Below are positions 50,574 to 61,964 of a DNA stretch of 64,000 bases, piece by piece; positions within the stretch are counted from its first letter, which is position 1, and each line of letters opens with the position of its first letter. Both the position numbers and the translations under genes were made by a program. This DNA comes from Raillietiella orientalis (Eukaryota), in assembly GCA_036172245.1 (NCBI GenBank), contig JAYWIR010000090.1, forward strand, positions 186,001 through 250,000, read 5' to 3'. Under the pieces are notes generated by a model that ran no database searches, was not told where the DNA came from, and worked only from the letters and a program-made list of their open reading frames with translations.

Positions 50574-53500
50574 ATGGTAACGAGTGTCGTGCCTAGAAGA
50601 GGAATCTTTATGTTCGCTCTTATTCATGATGTGGTAGAAATTTGCAACTTTTCAGGTTTTCTAATCAATTCGAATTCAGGGGATTTAAACATTGCGCTTT
50701 TGCGCTGCTTCACGTGACATCTATTTGCAGAGAGTGGAAAATTCCCGTCAGGGAGAGGCTCAAGGCTTTCCAATTTCCTGAATTCAGAGGATGATTAAGA
50801 AGAGTTGGAAATTAGATTAAAGCGTGGCACTTTGTACTCTGTGTTGTTTTCGCGGCAACCAGTGTCGTACCTAGAAGGGGAATCTTTTCCTTTCCTCTGA
50901 TTCATGATGTGGTAGAAATTTGCATCCTTTCAGGCTTTGTAATCAATTCGAATTCAGGGAATTTATACATTGCGCTTTTGCGCTGCTTCACGTGACATCT
51001 ATTTGCAGAGAGTGGAAAATTCCCGTCATGGAGAGGCTCAAGGCTTTCCAATTTCCTGAATTCAGAAGATGATTAAGAAGAGTTGGAAATTAGATTAGGG
51101 CGTGGCACTTTAATCTCTCTGTTGTTTTCATGGCAACCAGTGTCGTACCTAGAAGGGGAATCCTTTCCGTTGCTCTGATTCATTATGTGGTAGAAATTTG
51201 CAACTTTTCAAGTTTTGTAATCAATTCGAAATCAGGTGATTTCACTACTCCAGTTTTGCGTTTCTTCACGAAGCATCTATTTGCAGTGAGTGGCGAATTC
51301 CCGTGATGGAGAGGCTAACGACCTTCCTATTTCTTGATTTCAGAGGATGATTAGGAAGAGTTCGAAATTTCATTACGCCGTGGCACTTTGTACTCTGTTT
51401 TGTATTCTCGGCAACCAGTGTCGTACCTAGAAGACGAATCTTTTCCTTTGCTCTGATTCATTATGTGGTAGAAATTTTCAACTTTTGAAGTCTTGTAATC
51501 AATTCGAAATCAGGGGATTTTAGCATTGCACTTTTGCGCTTCTTCACAAAGGATCCATTTGCAGTAAGTGGCGAATTCCCATCGGGGAGAGGCTGAAGAC
51601 CTTCCAATTTCCTGATTTCAGAGGATGATTAGGAAGAGTTCGAAATTTCATTACGCCGTGGCACTTTGTACTCTGTGTTGTTTTCATGGTAACCAGTGTC
51701 GTACCTAGAAGAGGAATCTTTTCCTTTGCTCTGATTCATTATGTGTAAGAAATTTGCAAATTTTCAAGTTTTGTAATTAATTGGAAATCAGGGGATTTCA
51801 CCATTCCAGGTTTGCTCCTCTTCACGAAGCATCTGTTTGAAGTGAGTGGCAAATTCGCGTCATGGATAGGCTCAATGCCTTCCAAGTTCCTGATTTCAGA
51901 GGATGATTAAGAAGAGTTCGAAATTTAATTAGGAAGTGGCACTTTGGATTCTGTGTTGTTTTCATGGTAACCAGTGTCGTACCTAGAAGGGGAATCTTTT
52001 CCTTTGCTCTGATTCATTATGTGGTAGAAATTTGCAACTTTTCAAGTTTCGTTATCAATTCGAAATCAGGGGATTTAACCATTGCACTTTTGGGCTGCTT
52101 CACGTAACATCTATTTGCAGTGAGTGGCAAATTCCCGTCATGGAGAGGCTCAAGGCTTTCCGATTTCCTGAATTCAGAGGATGATTATGAAGATCTGGAA
52201 ATTAGATTAGGGCGTGGCACTTTGGTCTCTCGGTACTTTTCATGGTAACCTGTGTCGTACCTAGAAGGGGAATCTTTTCCGTTGCCCTGATTCATTATGT
52301 GGTAGAAATTTGCAACTTTTCAAGTTTTGTAAGTAATTGGAAATCAGGGGATTTTGCTCTTGCACTTTTGCATCTCTTCTCTAAACATCTATTTCCAATG
52401 AGTTGCAAATCCCCGTCATGGAAAGCCTGAAGGCCTTCCAATTTCCTGTTTTCAGAAAATGATTATGAAGTGTTCCAAAGTTCATTAGGGCGTGTCACTT
52501 TGGATTCTGTTTTGTTTTCATTGTAACCAGTGTCGTACCTAGAAGAGGAATCTTTTCCTTTGCTCTGATTCATTATGTGGTAGAAATTTGCAAATTTTCA
52601 AGTTTTGTAATGAATTCGAAATCAGGGGATTTAACCATTGCACTTTTGCGCTTCTTCACGAAGCATCCATTTGCAGTGAGTGTCAAATTCCCATCATGGA
52701 AGGGCTCAAGAGCTTCCTATTTCTTGATTTCAGAGCATGATTAAGAAGAGCTGGAAATTAGATTAGGCCGTGGCACTTTGGTCTCTCTGTTGTTTTCATG
52801 GAAACCTGTGTCGTACCTAGAAGGGGAATCTTTTCCGTTGCCCTGATTCATTATGTGGTAGAAATTTGCAACTTTTCAAGTTTTGTAATCTATTCGAAAT
52901 CAAGTGATTTCACCATTCCAGGTCTGCTCCTTTTCACGAAGGATCTATTTGCAGTTAGTGGCAAATTCCCGTCATAGAGAGCCTCAACGCCTTCCAATTT
53001 CCTGATTTAAGAGGATGATCATGAAGAGTCCGAAATTTCATTAGGCCGTGGCACTTGGTACTCTGTGTTGTTTTCATGGTAACCAGTGTCGTACCTAGAA
53101 GAGGAATCTTTTGCGTTGCTCTGATTAATTATTTGGTAGACATTTGCAACTTTTCAAGTTTTGTAATCAATTCGAAATCAAGTGACTTCACCATTCCAGG
53201 TTTCCTCCTCTTCCCGAAGGATCTATTTGCAGTTAGTGGCAAATTCCCGTCATAGAGAGACTCAACGCCTTCCAATTTCCTGATTTAAGAGGATGATCAT
53301 GAAGAGTTCGAAATATCATTGGAAAGTGGCACTTTGGACTCTGTGTTGTTTTCATGGAAACCAGTGTCGTACCTAGAATAGGAACCTTTTCCTTCCCTCT
53401 GATTCATTATGTGGAAGAAATTTGCAACTTTCCAGGTTTTCTGATCAATTCGAAAACAGGGGATTTCACCATTCCAGGTTTGCTCCTCTTCACGAAGGAT

Positions 53501-56500
53501 CTATTTGCAATGAGTGGCATATTCGCGTCATGGACTGGCTAAATGCCTTCCAATTTCCTGATTTCAGAGGATGATGATGAAGAGTTGGAAATTTCATTAG
53601 GATGTGGCACTTTGGACTCTGTGTTGTTTTCAGGGTAAACAGTGTCGTACCTAGAAGAGGAATCTTTTCTTTCCCTCTGATTCATTATGTGGTAGAAATT
53701 TGCAACCTTTCAAGCTTTGTAATCAATTTGAAATCAGGGGATTTTGCTCTTGCAGTTTTGCGGCTCTTCACTAAACATCCATTTCCAGTGACTGGCAAAT
53801 GCCCGTCATGGAAAGCCTGAAGGCCTTCCAATTTCCTGATTTCAGAAAATGATTATGAAGTGTTCCAAAGTTCATTAGGGCGTGTCACATTGGATTCTGT
53901 TTTGTTTTCATGGTAAACAGTGTCGTACCTAGAAGAAAAACCTTTCCATCGCTCTGATTCCTTATGTCGTAGAAATTTGCAACTTTTCAAGTTTTGCAAT
54001 CAATTCGCAATCAAGTGATTTCACCATTCCAGGTTTGCTCCTCTTCACGAAGGATCTATTTGCAGTTAGTAGCAAATTCCCGACGTAGAGAGTATCAACG
54101 CCTTCCAATTTCCTGATTTCAGAGGATGATCATGAAGAGTTCGAAATTTCATTAGAAAGTGGCACTTTGGTCACTCTGTTGTTTTCATCGTTACCTGTGT
54201 CGTACCTAGAAGGGGAATCTTTTCCGTTGCTCTGATTCATTATGTGGTAGAAATTTGCAACCTTTCAGGCTTTGTAATCAATTCACAATCAGCAGATTTA
54301 AGCATTGCACTTTCCCGCTGTTTTACGAAGCATCTATTTGCAGAAAGTGGCAAATTTTCGTCATCGAAGGGCTCAAGACCTTCCTATTTCTTGATTTCAG
54401 AGGATGATTAAGAAGAGTTCGAAATTTCATTATGCCGTGGCACTTTGTACTCCGTTTTGTTTTCATGGTAACCAGTGTCGTACCTAGAAGAGGAATCTTT
54501 TCCTTTGCTCTGATTCATTATGTGGTAGAAATTTGCAAATTTCCAAGTTTTGTAATTAATTGGAAATCAGGAGATTTCACCATTCCAGGTTTGCTACTCT
54601 TCACGAAGCGTCTATTTGCAGTAAGTGGCAAATTCCCGTCATGGAAGGGCTCAAGAGCTTTCTATTTCTTGATTTCAGAGGATGATTAAGAAGACTGCGA
54701 AATTAGATTAGGGCGTGGAACTTTGGGCTCTGTTTTGTTTTCATGGTAAACAGTGTCGTACCTAGAAGAGGAACCTTTCCATCGCTCTGATTCATTATGT
54801 GATGAAAATTTGCAGCCTTTCAGGCTTTGCAATCAATTCGAAATCAGGCGAAATAAGCATGGCACTTTTGCTCTTCTTCACGAAGCATCTATTTGCAGTA
54901 AGTGGCATATTCGCGTCCTGGAGAGGCTAGAGGCCTTCCAATTTCCTGATTTCAGAGGATGATCATTAAGAGTTCGAAATTTCAATAGAAAGTGGTACGT
55001 TGGACTCTGTGTTGTTTTCATGGTAACCAGTGTCGTATCTAGAAGAGGAATCTTTTCCTTTGCTCTGATTCATTATGTGGTAGAAATTTGCAACTTTTGA
55101 AGTTTTGTAATCAATTCGAAATCAGGGGATTTTAAAATTGCACTCTCGCGCTTCTTCAAAAAGCCTCTATTTGCAGTAAGTGGCGAATTCCCGTCGTGGA
55201 GAGGCTGAAGACCTTACAATTTCCTGATTTCAGAGGATGATCATGAAAAGTTCGAAATTTCATTAGGAAGTGGTACTTTGGACTCTGTGTTGTTTTCATG
55301 GTAACCAGTGTCGTACCTAGAAGAGGAATCTTTTCCTTTGCTCTGAATCGTTATGTGGTAGAAATTTGCAAATTTTCAAGTTTCGTAATTAGTTGGAAAT
55401 CAGGGGATTTTGCTCTTGCACTTTTTCGGCTCTTCACTAAACATCCATTTCCAGTGAGTGGCAAATGCCCGTCATGGAAAGCCTGAAGGCCTTCCAATTT
55501 CCAGATTTCAGAATATGATGATGAAGTGTTCCAAAGTTCATTAGGGCGTTCCACTCTGAATTCTTTTTTTTTTTCATGGTAAACACTGTCGTACCTAGAA
55601 GAGGAACCTTTCCATCGCTCGGATTCATTATGTCGTAGAAATTTGCTACTTTTCAAGTTTTGTAATCAATTCGAAATGAAGTGACTTCACCATTCCAGGT
55701 TTCCTTTTCTTCACGAAGGATCTATTTGCAGTTAGTGGCATATTCGCGTCCAGGAGAGGCTAAAGGCCTTCCAATTTCCTGATTTCAGAGGATGATCATG
55801 AAGAGTTACAAATTTCATTAGAAAGTGGCACTTTGGACTCTGTGTGGTTTTCATGGTAACCAGTGTCGTACCTAGAAGAGGAATCTTTTCCTTCCCTCTT
55901 TTTCATTATGTGGTAGAAATTTGCAACTTTTGAAGTTTTGTAATCAATTCGAAATCAGGGGATTTTAGCATTGTCCTTTTGCGCTTCTTCACGAAGCATG
56001 TATTTGCAGTAAGTGTCAAATTCCCGTCATGGAGATGCTCAAGAGCTTCCAATTTCCTGATTTCAGAGGATGATCATGAAAAGTTCGAAATTTCATTAGG
56101 AAGTGGAACTTTGGACTCTGTGTTTTTTTCATGGTAACCAGTTTCGTACCTAGAAGAGGAATCTTTTCCTTTGCTTTGATGGATTATGTGGTAGAAATTT
56201 GCAAATTTTCAAGTTTTATAATAAATAGGAAATCAGGTGATTTCACAATTCCAGGTTTGCTCCTTTTCACGAAGCATGTATTTGCAGTAAGTGGCAAATT
56301 CCCGTCATGGAAGGGCGCAAGAGCTTCCTATTTCTTGATTTCAGAGGATGATTAAGAAGAGTTCGAAATTTCATTAGGCCGTGGCACTTTGGATTCTGTG
56401 TTGTTTTCATGGTAACCAGTGTCGTACCTAGAAGGGGAATCTTTTCCGTTGCTCTGATTTATTATGTGGTGGAAATTTGCAACTTTTGAAGTTTTCTAAT

Positions 56501-58352
56501 TAATTCAATATCAGGCGATTTAAGCATTGCACTTTTGCTCTTCGTCAAGAAGCATCTATTTGCAGTAAGTGGCAAATTCCCGTCATGGAAGGGCTCAAGA
56601 CCTTAAAATTTCCTGATTTCAGAGGATGATCATGAGGAGTTCGAAATTTCATTAGGCCGTGACACTTTGTACTCTGTTTTGTTTTCATGGTAACCAGTGT
56701 CGTACCTTGAAGAGGAACCTTTCCATCGCTCTGATTCATTATGTGGTAGAAATTTGCAACTTTTAAAGTTTTGTAATGAATTCGAAATCTGGGGATTTTA
56801 GCATTGCACTTTTGCGCTTCCTCACGAAGCATGTATTGGCATTAAGTGGCAAATTCCCGTCATGGAGAGGCTGAAGAGCTTCCAATTTCCTGATTTTAGA
56901 GGATGATCATGAAAAGTTCGAAATTTCATTAGGAAGTGGCACTTTGGACTCTGTGTTGTTTTCATGGAAACCAGTGTCGTACCTAGAGGACAAATCTTTT
57001 CCTTTGCTCTGATTCATTATGTGGTAGAAATTTGCAACCTTTCAAGCTTTGTAATCAATTGCAAATCAGGGGATTTTGCTCTTGCACTTTTTCGGCTCTT
57101 CACTAAACATCCATTTCCAGTGAGTGGCAAATGCCCGTCATGGAAAGCCTGAAGGCCTTCCAATTTTTAGATTTCAGAAAATGATGATGAAGTGTTCCAA
57201 AGTTCATTAGGGCGTTTCTCTTTGGATTCTGTTTTGTTTTCATGGTAAACAGTGTCGTACCTAGGAGAGGAACCTTTCCATCGGTCTGATTCATTATGTC
57301 GTAGAAATTTGCAACTTTTCAAGTTTTGTAATCAATTCGAAATGAAGTGATTTCACCATTCCAGGTCTGCTCCTCTTCACGAAAAATCTATTTGCAGTTA
57401 GTGGCAAATTCCCGTCATAGAGAGCCTCAATGCCTTCCAATTTCCTGATTTAAGAGGATGATCATGAAGAGTTCGAAATTTCATTAGAAAGTGGCACTTT
57501 GGACTCTGTGTTGTTTTCAAGGTAAACAGTGTCGTACCTAGAAAAGGAATCTTTTCCTTTGCACTGATTCATTATGTGGTAGAAATTTGCAAATTTTCAA
57601 GTTTTATAATTAATTGGAAATCAGTTGATTTCACCATTCCAGGTTTGCTCCTTTTCACGAAGCATGTATTTGCAGTAAGTGGCAAATTCCCGTCATGGAA
57701 GGGCTCAAGTGCTTCCTATTTCTTGATTTCAGAGGATGATTAACAAAAGTTCGAAATTTCATTAGGACGTGGCACTTCGGATAGTGTGTTGTTTTCATGG
57801 TAACCAGTGTCGTACCTAGAAGACGAATTTTTTCCTTTGCTCTGATTCATTATGTGGTAGAAATTTGCCACTTTTCAAGTTTTGTAATCAATTCGAAATC
57901 AGGCGATTTAAGCATGGCACTTTTGCTCTTCGTCAAGAAGCATCTATTTGCAGTAAGTGGCAAATTCCCGTCATGGAAGGGCTCAAGACCTTTCAATTTC
58001 CTGATTTCAGAGAATGATCATGAGGAGTTCGAAATTTCATTAGGCCGTGGAACTTTGCACTCTCTTTTGTTTTCATGGTAACCAGTGTGGTACCTAGAAG
58101 AGGAATCTTTTCCTTTGCTCGGATTCATTATGTGGTAGAAATTTGCAAATTTTCAAGTTTTATAATTAATTGGAAATCAGGTGATTTCACTATTCCAGGT
58201 TTGCTCCTCTTTACGAAGCATGTATTTGCAGTAAGTGGCAAATTCCCGTCATGGAAGGGCGCAAGAGCTTCCTATTTCTTGATTTCAGAGGATGATTAAG
58301 AAGAGTTCGAAATTTCATTAGGCCGTGGCACTTTGGATTCTGTTTTGTTTTC
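50574..58352 (+). repeat. Divergent satellite domain (~28 monomers) with decayed 5/6-mer periodicity
   Basis: Many substitutions here are not seen elsewhere. The marker monomer (ggattttgctcttgca ... gaaagcctgaagg ... gtgttccaaagttc) starts at 52242, 53632, 55298 and 56964. Confidence 0.8.
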
Positions 58353-61300
58353 ATGGTAAACAGTGTCGTATTTAGAAGAGGAACCTTTCCATCGCTCTGA
58401 TTCATTATGTCGTAGAAATTTGCAACTTTTCAAGTTTTGTAATCAATTCGAAATCAGGTGATTTCACCATTGCAGTTTTGCGCCTGTTCACGAATTATTT
58501 ATTTGCAGTAAGTGGCAAATTCCCGTCATGAAGAGGTTAAAGACCTTCCTATTTTTTAATTTCAGATAATGATTAAAAAGAGTTCGAAACTTCATTAGGC
58601 CGTGGCACTTTGTGCTCTGTGTTGTTTTCATGGTTACCAGTGTCGTACCTAGAAGAGGAATCTTTTTCTTCGCTCTGATTCATGATGTGATAGAAATTTG
58701 CAAGCTTTCAGGCTTTGTAATCACCTCGAAATCAGGGCATTTAAACATTGCACCTTTGCGCTGCTTCACGTGACATCAATTTGCAGTGAGTGGCAAATTC
58801 CCGTCATGGAGATCCTCAGCGCCTTCCAATTTCCTGATTTCAGAGAATGATTATGAAGATTTGGAAATTTAATTAGGCCGCGGCACTTTGTACTCTGTGT
58901 TGTTTTCGCGGCAACCAGTGTCGTACCTAGAAGGGGAATCCTTTCCGTTGCTCTGATTCATTATGTGGTAGAAATTTGCAACTTTTCAAGTTTTGTAATC
59001 AATTCGAAATCAGAGGGTTTAAGCATTGCACTTTTGCGCTTCTTCACGAAGCATCTATTTGCAGAAAGTGGCAAATTCCCGTCATGGAGAGGCTCAAGAC
59101 CTTCCTATTTCTTGATTTCAGAGGATGATTAAGAAAGGTCCGAAATTTAATTACCGAGTGGCAGTTAGGAATCTGTATTGCTTTCATGGTAACCAGTGTC
59201 GTGCCTAGAAGAGGAATGTTTTCCTTTGCTGTGATGCATGATTTGGTAGAAATTTGCAACCTTTCAGGCTTTGTAATCAATTGGAAATCTAAGGATTTTG
59301 CTATTGCACTTTTGCGCCTCTTCACTAAACATCCATTTCCAGTGAGTGGCAAATGCGTCTCATGGAAAGCCTCAATTCCTTCCAATTTCCTGATTTCAGA
59401 AAATGATGAAGAAAGGTCCGAAATTTAATTACGGAGTGGCAGTTTGGAATCTGTATTGTTTTCATGGTAACCAGTGTCGTGCCTAGAAGAGGAACGTTTT
59501 TCTTCGCTGTGATTCATGATGTGGTAGAAATTTGCAACCTTTCAGGCTTTGTAATCAATTGGTAATCAGGGGATTCTAGTATTGCACTTTTGCGCCTCTT
59601 CACTAAACATCTACTTAGAGTGAGTGGGAAATGGCTGTTATTGAAAGCCTCAATGCATTCCAATTTCCTGTATTTAGAGGATGATCATGAAGAGTTCGAA
59701 ATTTCATTAGGGCGTGTCACTTTGGATTCTGTGTTGTTTTAATGGTAACCAGTGTCGTACCAAGAAGAGGAATCTTTTCCTCCGCTCTGATTCATGATGT
59801 GGTAGAAATTTGCAACTTTTCAGGTTTTGTAATCAATTCGAAATCAGGGGATTTCACCATTTCAGGTTTGCGCCTCTTCACGAAGCATCTATTTGCAGTC
59901 AGTAGAAAATTCCCGTAATGGAGAGGCTCAAGGCCCTCCAATTTCCAGATTTCAGAGGATGATCATGAAAAGTTCGAAATTTCATTAGGAAGTGGCACTT
60001 GGGATTCTGTTTTGTTTTCATGGTAAACAGTGTCGTACCTAGAAGAGGAACCTTTCCATCGCTCTGATTTATTATGTCGTAGAAATTTGCAACTTTTCAT
60101 GTTTTGTAATCAATTCGAAATCAGGTGATTTCACCATTGCCGTTTTGCGTCTGTTCACGAAGCATCTATTTGTAGTTAGTGGCAAATTCCCGTCATGGAA
60201 AGGCTCAAGACCTTCCTATTTCTTGATTTCAGAGGATGCTTAGGAAGAGTTCGAAATTTCATTAGGCCGTGGCACTTTGTACTCTGTGTTGTTTTCATGG
60301 TAACCAGTGTCGTACCTATAGGAGGAATCTTGCCCTTCCCTCTGATTCATTATGTGGTAGAAATTTGCAACTTTTCAAGTTTTCTAATCAACTCGAAATC
60401 AGGGGATTTAACCATTGCACTTTTGCGCTTGTTCACGAAGCATCTATCTGCAGTAAGTGGCAAATTCCCGTCATAGAGTGGCTCAAGACCTTCCAATTTC
60501 CTGATTTCAGAGGATGATTACGAAGAGTCCGAAATTTCATTAGGCCGTGGCACTATGGACTCTGTGTTGTTTTCATGGTAACCAGTGTCGTACCTAGAAG
60601 AGGAATCTTTTTGTTCGCTCTGTTTCATGATGTGGTAGAAATTTGCAGCCTTTCAGGCTTTGTAATTAATTCGAAATCAGGAGATTTAACCATTGCAATT
60701 TTGCGCTTCTTCACGAAGCATCCATTTGCAGTGTGTGGCAAATGCCAGTCATGCAAATCCTCTAGGCCTTCCAATTTCCTGATTTCAGAGGATGATTATG
60801 AAGATTTCGGAATTTTATTAGGGCGTGGTACTTTGGATTCTGTGTTGTTTTCATGGTAACCAGTGTCGTACCTAGAGGAGGAATCTTGCCCTTCCTTCTG
60901 ATTCATTATGTGGTAGAAATTTGCAACTTTTCAATTTTTCTAATCACCTCGAAATGAGTGGATTTAACCATTGCACTTTTGCGCTTCTTCACGAAGCAAC
61001 TATCTGCAATAAGTGGCAAATTCCGGTCACGGAGTGGCTGAAGACCTTCCAATTTCCTGATTTCAGATGATGATTACGAAGAGTCCGAAATTTCATTAGG
61101 CCGTGGCACGTTGTACTCTGTGTTGTTTTCATGGTAACCAGTGTCGTACCTAGAAGAGAAATCTTGTTGTTCGCTCTGATGCATGATGTGGTAGAAATTT
61201 GCAGCCTTTCAGGCTTTGTATTCAATTCGAAATCAGGAGATTTATCCATTGCACTTTTGCGCTTCTTCACGAAGAATCCATTTGCAGTTAGTGGCAAATG

Positions 61301-61964
61301 CCAGATATGGAAATCCTCAAGGCCTTCCAATTTCCTGATTTCAGAGGATGATTATGAAGAGTTCGAAATTTCATTAGGGCGTGGCACTTTGGATTCTGTG
61401 TTGTTTTCATGGTAACCAGTGTCGTACCTAGAAGAGGAATCTTGTCCTTCCCTCTGATTCATTATGTGGTAGAAAGTTTCAACTTTTCAAGTTTTCTAAA
61501 CAATTCGAAATCAGGGGATTTAAGCATTGCACTTTTGCGCTTCTTCACGAAGCATCTATTTGCAGTAAGTGGCAAATTCCCGTCATGGAAGGGCTCAAGA
61601 GCTTCCTATTTCTTGATTTCAGAGGATGATTAATTAGAGTTCGAAATTTTAATAGGCCGTGGCACTTTGTACTCTGTTTTGTTTTCATGGTAACCAGTGT
61701 CGTACCTAGAAGAGGAATCTTTTTGTTCGCTCTGATTCATGATGTGGTAGAAATTTGCAGCCTTTCAGTCTTTGTAATCAATTGGAAATCAAAGGGTTTT
61801 GCTATTGCACTTTTGCGCCTCTTCACTAAACATCCATTTCCAGTGAGTGGCAAATGCCCCACATGGATAGCCTCAATTCCTTCCAATTTCCTGATTTCAG
61901 AAAATGATGAAGAAAGGTCCGAAATTTAATTACGCAGTGGCAGTTTGGAATCTGTATTGCTTTC
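58353..61964 (+). repeat. Second copy of 47518-50573, two monomers longer
   Basis: The offset is 10835 (48351/59186, 49740/60575) and then 11391 (50018/61409, 50296/61687). Confidence 0.9.

Noticed and set aside
55561..55575. T-run (ttctttttttttttc) as a terminator or retro-insertion tail
   Set aside because: It is just substitutions in the usual tctgttttgttttc segment, and monomer length is unchanged.
1165..61330. Recurrent minus-strand ORFs (MNQSEEK..., MEGIE...)
   Set aside because: They are antisense frames of the same repeat and appear only in some variants.
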